Source of the DNA: Euglena gracilis
Lineage: Eukaryota
Assembly (NCBI GenBank): GCA_039621445.1
Contig: CP154954.1
Location: 19,826,642-19,890,641 of the forward strand
Reading direction: 5' to 3'
Length of the DNA stretch: 64,000 bases
Below, one piece after another: positions 13,570 through 31,976 of this stretch. The position numbers were made by a program, and so were the translations under genes. Position 1 is the first letter of the stretch; every line of letters begins with the position of its first letter. The notes beneath the pieces are model-generated. The model was not told the DNA's origin, did no database searches, and was given only the letters and a program-made list of their open reading frames with translations.

Positions 13570-13745
13570 CAAAAGTGCATTTTGAACGATGCCAATGCTC
13601 TGTGTCTGGAACGAATAGACAAGCATGCAAAAAAAATTCCTGTCGGAGAAATGGATTTCTGAACGAAAAATGGAGGGTCACCAGGGGGAGAGAACGGAAA
13701 TGGGAAATGTTAATGATCAAAAATGGGTGGAGCGAGAGCTCCTCT
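13570..13745 (+). repeat. Dispersed repeat with a diverged inverted copy at ~18010-18170
   Basis: gtgtctggaacgaataga...caccagggggagagaacggaaatgggaaa...atgggtggagc matches the reverse complement of ~18030-18165. Confidence 0.75.
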
Positions 13746-15243
13746 GGACCAACTTGAGCAAGTCGTTGTGTCGGTCAATTTTCTTCTGTTGTTCATCTAA
13801 TTATTCTGTTGCAGTAGACCCAGACTTGCCCCAATGGTCGTAGGGAGGCCCTCCACCAATTCAGCACAAGGCCTTGAGCAAAGGCCTGTCCCTACACTTG
13901 TAGTTTAAAGGGATGCAGTTGGACATCATCGGCCTCGCTGTTTCTCAGCATTCAATGGACCCGCTTACCATTCCTGTTAATATCCCTGTCCCTTCAGCGT
14001 TGCAGGCAGCTGTCTAGTTTGATGATCCTCCCCCGGGCAAAATGCCCCCCCCCCCTTGGTATTCTGCTTGTTTTTTTTCCGAGCTGAATGCACATAGGCT
14101 CCACATGCAAAGCATATTCTTTTTGGATCCTTGCAACTTTATGCGAGTGTGTGAAGTGTGGGTGTGTGCATGCACGAGCATGTGTGTGTGTCGTGCGGGC
14201 GCACGCGTGCGAGTGCTGTACCATGGCCGTCCATAGAGGGTGTGCACTCGTGCGTTGCGTTTTGTGGGTGGGTGGTCAGTCCAGATCAGGCTTCTGGGGG
14301 GGACAAGTGTCCACTCAGACCTGACCAAGAATGCCGCACTTCAGTTGAGGAGGGGGAGGGAGGCGCCAGATCGGGCGAGTGCAGGATGTGGAAGCGCATT
14401 GATTTTTTTCGAACTTCGGCAAAATTCCCTTCCTTGTTTTTGTCAATCTCCTCGGTCTGCTCGCATTTGTGCATTATCTGGGCAGGGAGGTTGACTTCAC
14501 CAAGATCACCCTCTCCCACTCACATCCAATTTACCCCCCACCCCCGTCCAACCATGTACAACCTTGTACCCGTCGGTAACACCTCTCTCTGGAGCCGACC
14601 ACACAGCACAGGACCATTCAACCCCCCTAACAAAAAAAAATGAATTATGCCTGGCATAAAGTCTGGCCCAGAGCCCCACAGTTTTTCCCAACGTGGCCGA
14701 CCGTCAGGAAGAGTGCAAATTTCGACAAGTTTCATCAAGGACGACATCACAGGCCACTTGAGATCTGTCTGTCTGGGATAGTTACCAAGCACCTCTGATG
14801 ATGCTGGGCGATGCTGGGCGATGCTTGGTTTTTGGAGACCAGAGGTGGGGTTCCGATGTTGGGCGATGCTGGGCGATGCTGGCATCTTTTTTTGCAGTTT
14901 TTGAAGAATTAAACCCATTTTTGGGATAATCTTCCAACAAATCTCCAGTTTCACACCCATCTTGTTGATTTTGGATGAATTTTTGCTAATTTTGGGAGCT
15001 ATTTGTCACTGATTTGGCAAATGTTGGGCTAATTTGGGTCAATATGAGCACATTTAATGGCATTTTTGGCCATTTTGTGTCATTTTGGTGATTTTGGGTC
15101 ATTTTTCACAATCGTTTATGGACATTGTTGGCATTTTGGGCAGTTTTAGGTTATTTCAAGCCACTTTAGGTCATTTTGGTTGCTTTTTGGGGCTTTTTGT
15201 GGTCGTTTTTGGGTTTTTTTTATAGTTATTTGCATCATGTAGA

Positions 15244-15510
15244 CAATTGCAGATGCTGGACAATATGCAGATACTGGACAAGATGCAGATGCTGGACGAG
15301 ATGCAGGTGGTCGAGATGCACACACTGATATTGGACAAGATGCAATGGTTGCAGACACTGGACAAGATGCAGATACTGGACAAGATGCAGATGCCGGACA
15401 AGATGAAGATTAAGATTCTTGACAAGATGCAGGTGTTGGTCGAGATGCACACACTGATATTGGACGAGATGCAATGGATGCAGATACATACTGGACAAGA
15501 TGCAGATGTT
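15244..15510. repeat. 18-bp minisatellite (gatgcagatactggacaa)
   Basis: Tandem degenerate units that translate as MQILDK repeats. Confidence 0.9.
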
Positions 15511-18500
15511 GGATTGACCAAATGAAATAAGGGATCAAGGGAGATGCTTGTGGCCAATGATATAAAATTGCCTTTGGCTGACCAATGGTCTTAAAGGGGC
15601 CAAAGCAGTCAATCGGCAGTCAAATCGGAAGCATATCTGGCAGTCCCCGCAAGCCAAAGGCGGCCAAAGGCGGCCAAAGGTGGGTTAAATCGGGCCAAGT
15701 GGCCGAAAGTGGCCAAAAGCAAAAGCGACCAAAAATTGTACAAGTGGGTAAATGACCAAATGTGGATAAAAGTGGATGAAGTGTATGCAGATGCTGTATT
15801 GGATGCCGAGCTGAAGGGCATGGGTGACCAGAGGTGCTTGATAGTGACCAACGATTCCTTTTCTTGATCAAATGCTATTTATTACCCCCCCCCCCGCCTG
15901 GTTGACCAAAGCAAAGCAGATCATGCTAACCTCAGGAAACTGATCAGTGGGGGGGGGGAGGATTTTGAGGTAATTTTCAGCCAAAGATTTGTTGGCGAAA
16001 AGGCACATTCAGGCATTAGGCAGCCGAATTCGGGCGATTTTTACGTTAACCGTGTTAAGGTTTTGATTTTTAAAACTAGTCAACCGGAGTGGGTGATTGG
16101 TTTTTTCAGAGTGACTGGCTGGTTTTTGCCCCCCGGGGGGGGGGGGTCGGCAAAAAACCACTAAAGTGACCCAGCACCGAAGGCGCCGGGGGAAAAAATG
16201 GCCTTTTTTGCATGTTTTTGGTCAAGTTTCTTTTGGATTCCAGAGTGGCCGACCCCCCCCCCCCCGGGGGGATAGTGACTGACTGGTTTCCCGGAAAAAA
16301 GTGACTGACTGGTTTTTTGAAGACCCCGGGGTCGGAGTTGGGGTTATATGCCCTGAGCTTATGAGAGCCCCTCTGATGTGTTACGGTGCGTCGGGGGGGG
16401 GGGGACATTCTCTGCACAGCCAATGTGTGGGCTTGGGGAGGACAGGTGGACGGAATCCCGCTGGAGATCACGTTGCCTTGAATTGGGTAAGCATTTGGGC
16501 ATTGGCGCACGCTGATTTAGAATTTTAATCATTGTATTTCTATTGCGCCGTGGTGCAGTATAACTCTTAAATTTCCATTATACACAAACGTGCCCATTGC
16601 GCAGTGGAGCAACGGTTGCCAATTTTTAATTTCTTTTTTTTGTCATTGTGGGCGGAGAGAGCAGTCCTCTGGAAGCATCTCATTACCAGAGCGGGCAGAG
16701 CTAAGGTGGAGGGAAGCCTTTCCTGGGACAAAAAGCCAACCCTGTTGTGTGAATGCAACCGCCATTATCTTCACATCTCGACGGGTCTTGTTTTATGTGT
16801 TTGTGAGCCTGAATGCCAGTGCCACAGGTTCCTCCCACTTGCTTCGCAGTTTAGCATGCCTGAAGGGCCCTTCTTTTTGGTCAACTTTTGAAAGTATGAA
16901 AATCTCTGTTTGAAAAAGAACAGGTACCAGATGAAACCTTGGAATCACATCCGAGGAAACAGTTTTGGGCACCCAAAAGTGTTTTAAAAAACTTCGCCCC
17001 CCCCCCTTTTTCTCACCCAGGATTTGAAGCACACAATTTTGGGTGGAATTGAAAAATCGAAAGGGTCCATCAAAAACACGGAGAAAGGCAGGCTGACACA
17101 CCTTTTTTCGGTAATTTGCAACCCACCAGACAGCCACATCACCAAAAAGTGAGTCCCTGATCCTCTCCCCTCCCTCCAGGGGTGGGGCCTACCCGTGCGT
17201 GGATGGGTGACCCCCCTCCCCCCCCCCTGGTTATTAAAAAAAATCCCCAACCCAACACCCACCCGACGCAGGTCGCCTTGTGGTGCTGTCCCCTGCCAGG
17301 CCGTATTTTTGTCGGGTGCCGACCCCACCCGGGGGGGGCGGGGGGCTGCCTGGGCAGGCACTCCAAGGCACTCCCAATCCGACCCGGGGGGGGGGGGTAG
17401 GGCATACAGCCAAAAGTGCCTTAGCACAGACCCGGCGCCGGGGAGCCAAAAAATGGCCTATTATCAAAGGAATGTGCCTGGGCACAGGCCAAAATCCGAC
17501 CCCCCCCCCCGAGGGGGGTGGTGCCTGCCTGGGCAGGCACTCATAGGCACTCTGGACCCCCCGCCTCCCCCCCCCCGGTGTTGGTAAAAAAAAACAGCCT
17601 GTCCCCTGCTCTTCGTCAACAGGCCTTGATGTGTGCTTCAACATTGTCTATGATCGTTGTTTTGATGTTGGTTTCGCACATCCGTGAAGGCACAAGTGGA
17701 CCGACAGCTCTGTTGCAGGTCATCCTAACCAGGTACCTGTTAATGTTCGAGGTGCATTTATGGGAATTTTTTTTCGCCATATTCATCATCTTTTCTCATT
17801 GCACTTTTTTCCCCGTTTCCTTTCATTTATCATGTTTACAATTGGTGTTGTCATAAATATATTTTGTTATGGTTGCAATGATTGTTTTTCTCAGGAGATG
17901 AAAAAACTGTATTTTTTTTTCACAACCATGAAGAAGTTTTGTTTATTATTATCATTTTTGCAGAGCTTTTCAGCTGAACCAGGGAGATATATTATTTTTT
18001 TTTATCTCACAAGTGCTCAAATTCCTCTTTGCTCCACCCATCATTGATAAGCTTTCCCATTTTCCGTTTTCTCCCCTGGTGGCCCATCATTTGTTTTGAA
18101 GTCCACATCTCCAACACAGCCAAATTTTTTTCTGCTTCATTTTCTATTCGTACCAGACACCGAGCACAGGAATCGTCCAGAATTGACTCATTCATTTGGA
18201 CCCATTCAAAATGAATGAATGGTTCCAAATAATTCCACCCAGAACCCTCCCCCGGATATTGTCCTCCCTGGAAAATTGTCCTGTACTCGCTGACCTGTCT
18301 TTAGGGGGACCAGTCTCCCACCTCTGTCCCCGCTGATTTGTCTGGAGACAGTTTCCCGGGAGGGGGGGGGAGGGTGAGTACCAACTCCCGTATCCACCCA
18401 AGGTATTTCCGAAGCTGGAGGGGTCCCAACCCCCTTGGGGACCGAGCCAGGCACCTTTTTATCCCAGCCATCAGCTTCCGGCAAGGCTGCAGATCCCCCC

Positions 18501-19053
18501 CGGTGTGTCCGCTGAAATAAATGATTGTGTGGCGGAGACCACACAGTTCAAAAAGGGGGCATCATGACCAAAATATTTTCGAGACGTTTGACTTCAAAGT
18601 TTCAGATGAAATACTCCGATGCAGGGGTTGCTGGTTTTGGGAAACCAGTTGGGTCCAGCCAGCCAGTCAGCTCCTGTTTTCCAGCCGGCCTCCTTGGCGC
18701 CCCAAAGAAATCCCGAAGAAATCCTCTGACTCAATTGCGTGCAAAAGCACCTTCTGGGTTGCGAGCGAAGGTCCAGTGTGCCATTGTTGCAAAACAGACA
18801 CCACCCGCTGTGCCTCGACGAAGACAGCACAATACGAATGATGTAGCAATGCCCTCAGGTCACACCCTTGTACCCCCATTTCCCCAGGGGGGGGCACAGA
18901 AGTCCTCCTCAGAGTCGGTATAATAATTGTACTGTTAAAAATAATGATCTTGTTGTCTTTGTTGCTGCCAGAAATTGAAGGTGGCTATTGTCCCCGGCCA
19001 AAAAAAGTATTCTTTCGGACGACCACTGGCCAGTGCCGGGCAGCGGCCGACAG

Positions 19054-23580
<4,527 letters not shown>

Positions 23581-26000
23581 ATGCTGGACGGGTGCTCGGG
23601 TCGTTGCTTTCAGGGACTAAAGGTTCCAGCGGCAAAGAAGTGGAGACCACCTTCCCATTCACCAAACCTGGCTAAACTCAGGTTGTGCGATCCTTTCAGC
23701 ACAGCCCAAACGTTTGGTTCAGTGGATTTGTACCATTTTCATGATCACATGTGGATATGTGGTCCTCATCGTAGTCTTTGACCTCGCAGGCCAGCATTTT
23801 CCACATCAGTTCTGTACGAATCTGTGTTACCGCCAAATTCTACGCTTGTCTTGCCCTTTTTGAATGGCGGCTTGCCATACCTTTGCGACAGAGCGGCCCT
23901 GCCACTGACGGTCCAGCCAGAACCAGGTTGTGGCTTTGTATGCTGCCCCCTGTCGCTCTTGGGAAACTGTGGAACAATCAGCCCCTTCGGTTGATCCTGA
24001 CAGTGGGAAAGCGGGTTTGGTTGTGTGAAACAGATCTCTTGTGAGAGGGCAGTCACTGACACAGCCTGACTGCGAAGCTGCCGTCTCCTCTTCATCCCCG
24101 GCTGCCTTGCCTGGGGACCCAGGCCCATCGACGCCAACCCGTTGAGCCCATCACTTTGCACGCACTCGCATTGTGTTTCTCATATGTTTCCATCTTTCGC
24201 AATGCGATAGACCGTGGGCTGTCGCTTGTTGCATTGCAAGATTCTTTTTTGTGATTTTATAGCCATCCTTCCTTGGAAGACCGAAAAAGTGGATTTGCTC
24301 AGGTTTCAGTGGGATTTCGCATGAGATGCCAACACGACAAAAACGTGGTCGGGGGAGGGGTAGATGAAAAGTTTTGCCTTTGAGATATTCTGTCTTCCAA
24401 AGGTTCAGTCCGCAAGCCTGTATTGTGAATTAAAACAGAGAGCTCATTTTTCGTTCTGCCTAGAATTGTGTTCCGCTTCTTTTAAACAGTCCACCAACCA
24501 AGGTTCTTTGGACAGAAATTTCTTTAAATTCACTTTTCAATTCTGCTCCCCAATACAAAAGGAATCCTCCTCTTCACCGCTGACAGTTCGAACATTTCCC
24601 TCACTTGTACGTTGCCCATGCGTTCACCAGTGCCTGGTCCCCTCGGCAGAATCAACCTGCACACTGACCATGTCCGTCGTCTCCCTTCACAACGCTCTCT
24701 CTCCTTGACTGCCTCCATGCAAGATGTTCCCTTAGATCCGATGATCTAAAGATTTCATGGAATCCCATGCAAGCCCCTCCTGACCATCAAACACTAGCTT
24801 TACAATGTAGACAATGCTGTTTACATTTCGAAAGAATGTTTGGAACCGTCTCTCAAGTTGGGGATGGTGCTTCCCGACCCTCCTCGGGGGAATGGCCGGG
24901 CCCACGTGCCCCCAAAAGTGTGTACCTCCAAACACGTCACAGAAAAGATACCCCGACCAACCTGAGGGAATTCCTGTCGCACCGGCTCACTCACCCCTGT
25001 GTGAATGGCTCTGTGTGAGTTATGCAATTCCTTCTTTGCTCCCGTTTGCAGCACACATCTCTGTTTGCCATTGCATTCAGTCAATATCTCCTTCTGGTGC
25101 TGCGCGCGATTTTTTTTGGAGTCTTCGACGGAATTTTCCCCCAAATGTGCCAATCACATTCCGTTGTCGTTGGCCACTGGGCGGTGATGGTCTGCCCATC
25201 CACGTGAGGGAGACGACACAAAACCACAAAACAATCTTCCCCCTCTCGAATTTAGGGCTTTTGCACTGCAACAACCGAACAGCAGCGCTTTTGGAGCAGT
25301 CGAGGGCACTCTTTTAACTTCTGTGTGTCCCCGCTCCCCGGATGGGTTCCACAGTGGGTGGACCGCGGGTGGAGTGCCAAGGCGGATGGATGGGAAGCCT
25401 TTCGGTTGTGACGTAGGTGGTGGGGGGGGTCCCGACCACCCCCCCCCTCCCCTTGGATGTTGGGAGGGTGGGTGTCCAGACCCCCACCCTCCCTCCTCAG
25501 CAGGTTTCAAATATAGCGAAAATTATCCTTCCGCCGCTGCATGCCGGGAAATGAGCAAAAAAAAATGCTTTTTTTTTCTTCATTTTTGAGCACATTGCCC
25601 ATTTTTTGCCGTTTGGGTGTTTTTCACATAAAAAATGTTCAAAAAATGAGCTTTTTTTCGATTTATTTTCAAAGAAAAATCAAGGTTTTTTGACCAATTT
25701 TGGCCTGGTATGGCCTTTGCTGGTCCACAAACCGAAAAATTCCGGGCCCATGTCAGTTTCGAGGGAGGAGGGGAGGTCCGGCCCAGCCCCCCCCCCTCGA
25801 GGCTTCCCATCTATCCTTGGCCCAAGATCAATCCGGCTGGCTGGAAGTCGAGTGGGTGTTGAACCCTAACCCTGGGTGGGGTCTCAGGTGGATGTAGGTG
25901 GATGGATGGGTTTTCAAAGAAGAAGAAGAAAGTGGATGCGCACTCGGCATAGGCACTGGAACCCAAGTTGCAGGAAGCCTCGAAAAGGGCCTCATTCTGG

Positions 26001-29000
26001 CTTAGGCGGCGCTAATTGCCCAATTTTTTTTCCAATTTCCGTGCGTTTGAGGTGCGTGGGTTTCCGCTTACGATACCCCACCGTTTTGTGCTCAAAATTT
26101 TAAGAGGGTGACACCAGCACAAAAATTTGGTTGGTTTTGGATCCATTTTAGGCATTTTGACAAAGTGGCGATTTTGAAATTTTATGGTCGTTTTAGGGGG
26201 GGGGGGTTGGAAAACACCCCCCCTGGAACGCCCTGAATTTTGAAAAACAGAAAACGGTGGGTGAACGCCTGGCCTCCGGAGCCCCGGTTGTTTGGCGATG
26301 CTACCGGACCCCCCTCTGGAGGGGGGGTGACACGGTGTGGCAGGTGAAGAAGAGGCCACCGCCTAAGCAACCCGCCCATTTTTGAACCTCTCGTGAGTCC
26401 CGAGGTCCAGTGATGGGGGAGGTGAACAGACAACAGTGCCCAAAAGATGCTATAATTTCTGGAAGGGATGTTTTAGGCGGTAAACCGCCCAAAACTTGTT
26501 TTTGTGATGAAGAGATGCTGCTCTAACGGAGGGGACCGGACTGCGAATAACGTTAAAAATGAGGTTAGGCGGTTTACCGCGTAAAGCAGTGATGATTCTA
26601 TAACGAGGTGTGCGCTGTGTGTGCTTGCCCCGGCGTCCTGATTGGTTTACAAGCTCCCCTGCATTACCCTCCTCCTGGGCTGTGCACCACGATGTATCAT
26701 TTGGCAGCGCAAAGATGACAGTTGGAGCAGGAAAGCATGGGAGGGTGGCGTGGTTGCCTGTGCTGCTATCCAGAACAAGAGGGTTGGGAAAGGCTTCAAT
26801 ACCATTCTGACCATCACAAGTTCAAGAACTTTGAGAAGCTTGGGGACAAGGTGAACTGAAGTGGGATGCAGTTTGAGTGCGTGTTGTCCTTAATTTGTCA
26901 GCGCACAAGTTCCTGTTGATGACACAACTGGGCCACTCAAAACTGAACATTTTTTCCCACCTGTCAACCCCCGGTGAGAGATACTCAAAAATTTTGTTTG
27001 AGGCGGTGTGGAAACAGAACACAACTTTTTTTTGCAAGTTTTGTAGGACCGTTTGTAGGCGGATCTCGGTGTCCCAATGGGTTGTGTCTGTGATTTTTTG
27101 GTGTCCCGAAGTGTCCCAGTGTCGGTGGTGGTGCGCGGCGACATAATTTTTAAAAGTTGGGCGGGACAGGTTGAAAGGGAATTGTGGCTGCTGCACCTTG
27201 GCAGCAAGCACCCAAGCAGGCGGAAACCTGCCTGGCATTTGAGCAGGAGGTGGACACCCTCCTCTCCAGTGAGGAGGCGGTAACGTTCCCCCTGGCCGGT
27301 GGTGGGGTCGTCTGCAGGTACAGCAGTAGAACACATGTGTCAGTTGCCCGGCCGGCTGTGCTGCAGTAGAGGTGATGTTTTTCACTGTCCTGAAAAACAG
27401 CAAAAAACCTGAGTTTGATTTCTCAGGAGGGAAGGAAGCACCTCCCAGGGCCCTCCATTTGGAACCCAACGTTGTTGGTGGTCCAAAATCAGGGTTTGGG
27501 GATGGCTGACGAAGAAGTGATTCAAGATATGGACGGAGAAACGCCTGTTTCAGCGGCTGGTGGCGGCAATCGAAAAAAATTGGGGGGGTTTCGGAAGGGG
27601 TTCTCCAAGTTCTGAAAAATTCAAGGCCTTTTTAATTATTTTTTTGAAAGAGTTTTACAGCATTTTTCCTTTGATAAGCTGCAGTTTTTGCTGAAATTGA
27701 GACAAAATGCCCAAAACAGCTCTTTTTCATGGCTCTCCTTCCTTTAGGTCCGGCAACGTGCCTCCAGAGGAGGCAACAGTGGTCTCCACAGTCAGAAGCC
27801 GCGTGGAAGGGGGGTAAACCAGAAGGTTGTCTGTTCTCAACCAACGCCGGGTCGATGTTTGACCCAATGCAGTTGGCATCCATGTAACCACCCTGAGCAC
27901 AAGTGTTTCCGGTCCTTTTCAAAACCACCCCTGCTCTGAGTGCCCAAGTTTAAAGTCGCAGGTCTCCTCTCGTTTGGTCAACCCCCTCTTGTGCAATCTC
28001 CTCTCCCTGGTTTCCATAAACCTCGATCCCTCAAACCCTACACAACACGCCAGACACTATTCAGTTGCAAAATTTCCAAGCTTGGCAACTAAATCTGTCG
28101 TCTATGTCCTTCGCAGAGGTTCACGCCTGTGACTGGTGTCGCAAGTAGTCATGACAAACCAGCAGAGTTCATTTCTAGGGTGGTTTCCATCTTCCACCAC
28201 CATCCCATCGTCCACAAATGCTTTTCTTTTTCTGCCCGCCCTTAACGCAGCCAGGAGGTTTCCCGCCTGACTTTTCTGTCCTCACAGCTGGTATGCCCCC
28301 CTCCATCTCTCATTATTGGTTGTGTCTGTGCAAACCCCGTTTCCATCTGAACTCATAAAATCAGACCAAGCCTCACTGCGCAAAGGCTGACACTTCATCT
28401 GTTGGCCTCCTGAGCAGGTACTCTGTGTTTTCGTTTAAGCGGATAACCGCCTACGTCGTCTCTTGGTCCCCACCCAACCCCATGCCAACTCCTCAATGGC
28501 GTTTTTAAATTAACGTGGGGATGGTCAGGCGGTTAACCACCTAAACAAACCGTTGGTGGGGGAAAGACTTTGTGGGTTTTGGCTCATACCGGATGCTGCG
28601 AGTGCAGAGTTTCATAAATCAGTTAATTCCTCTTTTTTTTTGTTATTGGGCCGTTTCAGACAGGAACCTTTTCTTCTATCCAAGTGCGTTGCTGAAGGCA
28701 GAATACCGTCGGGTGGCACCTGCCCACATCGTCAGGGAGTTCCCCAGCTACCATTGGCCACGGTGTCACTGCCCCCCGTTCCAGAGACCCCAGCAAGCAA
28801 TGGCACCTGGCCTATGCCAGTCTGGACACAGGGGGGGTGAGGGCAACACCACCAGGACACCACCATTGTTTCTTCTTTACTCCCAGACGGATTTCCGCCT
28901 ACACCAAGTTGCCTTAGACTCACCACATATACAATATACACACACAGCAGGCGGATTCCCTCCTACCAATCATCAGCTGCTTGGCTTACGGTGGGCGGTA

Positions 29001-29453
29001 ATCCCCATGCCATGCTTTGTTTTCAGTTGTAGGCGGTAATCCGCACGCAAGTTTATTCTACGCGGATATCTGCCTAAACATTTAACTCCGTCGTCTGACA
29101 CCTCTTGTTTCGTTTTACGCGGTTATCCGTGTACGCTTGCAATATTCATTCGTTTCTCAAATACGGTTATTATCATAAACCATGAAGACACAGCCCCGTG
29201 TCACACCCATTCAAAGTCAGTGTTTTCCCAACCATTTCAAACATTTCTAGTACACCCCCAACTCACACAATTCACACACAATCGTAAATCGTTTAAGCGG
29301 AATACCGCGCAAAACCACTTTCGGAAAATTTTGGCCCAAAGCTGCAACGCACCCCTCTCAGCCCAGAATTTTGTGCCCTTTCAGGGGGGTTTTAAAACAG
29401 CCAAAAAACGTCAAAAAACGCAAAAATCGGTTGGGCAATTAGCACCGCCTAAG
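26001..29453. mobile_element. 3.45-kb TIR element, CTTAGG family (different interior), 5-bp TSD
   Basis: TIR cttaggcggcgctaattgcccaa / ttgggcaattagcaccgcctaag. TSD tctgg on both sides. No intact long ORF inside. Confidence 0.88.
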
Positions 29454-29464
29454 TCTGGGGGGGT

Positions 29465-31850
29465 TAACCCCCCCATTTATAGCCAGGCCCATTGACTTTG
29501 GGTCAAAACCGGGTCAAAAAAGTCGAAAAAAATCGGGAAAAAAATTGTTGGCCTGAAACGATGTTTTTTTGGCCACCCGGGCCCGGAGAAACTGTTTCTG
29601 AGCCGAAAATGAGCGTTTTTTTTTTTCGACTTTTTTTGAAAAAAATGACCAAGTCCATGGTGGTTCGGGCAAACGGGGGGGAGCTGGCGGTCAAAAAAAG
29701 AACGCTCATTTCGGCTCCTCAGAAACAGTTTCTCCGGGGCCCGGGTGGCCAAAAAACACATCGTTGTCAGGCAATCAATTTTTTCCCGATTTTTTTCGAC
29801 TTTTTTGACCCGGTTTTGACCCAAAGTCAAGGGTGGGTGGCGGCCCCAAAACGGGGCGCCGGCGGGTCGAAACCCGCTCATTTTCGGCTCAAACCAAGTT
29901 TTTCCGGGTCCGGGAGGCCCAAAAACATCGTTTCGGGCAAAAAAATTTTCGATTTTTTTGACTTTTTTGGCCGAAAACGGCTAAGTCGGACAGTGGAAAA
30001 AGTGTACAAAATGGCCTAAAATGGCCGAAAAACGGCCGTATCTCAGGCTGGGCAGGGAGTTGCGGGGAAATCAAAATACCAGTAGATGGGGCGTTCCAAG
30101 GGCTTCAATTTAGGTGTCCGGACATTTCCTTTGATTTTGCATCATTTTCGATAAAATTTGAAACCTTTGTTTTTTTTTGCCCCAAAATGGCAAAGTCCAA
30201 AGGGGGGGGGGGGCTCATGGTCATGATGGCCATCATGGGTCATGATGTGCATCAAGGGGGATGATGGCCGTCATGGGTCAGGATGGGCATCATGATGGCC
30301 ATCATGGGTCATGATGGGCATCATGGGTCATGATGGCCATCATGGGTCAGGATGGGCATCATCATGGGTCAGGATGGCCATCATGACCCATAATGCCCAT
30401 CATGACCCATGATGGCCATCATGACCCATGATGCCCATCATGGGTCATGATGGGCATCACGGGTCATGATGGGCATCACGGGTATCACGGGTCATAATGG
30501 GCATCACGGGTCATGATGGGCATCACGGGTCATGATGGGCATCACGGGTCATGATGTCCATCACGGGTCATGATGCGCATCATGGGTCATGATGCGCATC
30601 AGGGGTCATGATGCGCATCACGGGTCATGATCCGCATCATGGGTCATGATGGGCATAATGGGTCATGATGACCAAGATGGGCCGGGAGATCGAAAAGCGC
30701 CCATTTTCGGCTCGAAAATAGTTTTTCCAGGTCCGGGAGGCCCAAAAAGCATGGTTTTGGGCAAAAAAATTTCGCCTTTTTTTCGCCTTTTTTTCGCCTT
30801 TTTTGGCCGCCGAAAGCGGTGGAAAAAGTGTACAAAATGGCCAAAATCGGCCGAAAAACGGCCGTATCTCGGGCTACGCGAACAGTTGCGAGGAAATCAA
30901 AATACCGGTAGATGGGGCGTTCCAAGGGCTTCAAATTAGATCTCCGGACATTTCTTTTGATTTCGCTTCATTTTTGAGAAAATTTGAAAATATTCATTTT
31001 GGCCGAATTTTGACCGAAAACGAAGTCGGACAGTGGAAAAAGTGGACAAAATGGCCCCGTTGGCCGAAAACGGGCATATCTCAAGCTGGGCAGGGAGTTG
31101 CGGGGAAATCAAAATACCAGTAGATGGGGCGTTCCAAGGGCTTCAATTTAGGTGGCCGGACATTTCCTTTGATTTTGCTTCATTTTGGAGATATTTTGAA
31201 AATTGACATTTTTTGGCCGAAATGGCAGAGTCCAAAGAGGGGGGGGGGGCTTAAAAAGGGGGTGGGCCGATCCTTCCCGGTTTAGACCCCTTCGCGCGTG
31301 AATAACTCGGGCCTGGTGGGGAGTTGGGGGTCAAACCCAGGTGATTTGGAAACTAGAGATCCAGTCGCTCGCGACTGGAAAAAAATTTTCGGGAACGGGC
31401 CGGGTTCATGGTGATAATCCGCCGGTTCCCGAGGTGGCCCCGAGGGGGGGGGGTCGAGGGGGGAGGAAGGGGGAGGGAGGAGGGAGCTCAGCGACCCCCC
31501 ACCTATAAACTCCCCCAGCCAACCAACCAAACTGGATCTTATAACCCCCCCCCCCCCTGGGGGAGAAGAATTCAAACCGCCGGGACGATTTTTTCGGCCG
31601 CAAACCAACCAAAAACTGATTTTTTTGGCTTTTTTTTGAGACCGACCATCATTAAAAATGCCGGTTTTGACCAAATTTGCCAAAAAAAAGTGCCAATTTC
31701 GGGGGGTTTTGGGGTCATTTTGGGGGGGTCGGATTCTCACCAACAATTTTGGGACCTATAACTCCCCCCCCCCCCCTATAAACCCCCCTTCGGCCAACCA
31801 ACCAAACCGGATCCTGTGAACCCCAGGGGGTTTATAAGTGGGGGGGGTTA
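29465..31850. mobile_element. Composite fold-back element containing an internal palindrome, direct repeats and a satellite
   Basis: Termini taacccccccatttata / tataagtggggggggtta. Inverted arms ~29492-29546 and ~29777-29830. Three ~170-230 bp direct repeats start at ~29985, ~30820 and ~31024. No TSD seen. Confidence 0.6.
30214..30670. repeat. 9/18-bp minisatellite (gggtcatgatgggcatcat-type) with an internal orientation flip
   Basis: Tandem units read directly; reverse-complement units lie at ~30380-30440. Confidence 0.9.
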
Positions 31851-31976
31851 GTCTTCCGGTCTTCTCTCCAAGGTTTCAGTGCATTTTCACATATTTATAA
31901 ATTCAGCCTTGTTTACCCACTCGCTAAATGCCCCTCTTTGGCTCTTTGGATCCCTTCAATCTGTGCAGCACTTTTC

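Noticed and set aside
15171-15557. Repetitive ORFs on both strands (MQILDK / HLHLVQ repeats)
   Set aside because: Translation of an 18-bp minisatellite; no splice or homology support.
30214-30670. CRISPR-like repeat array
   Set aside because: Contiguous tandem units with no unique spacers and no cas genes; the context is eukaryotic.
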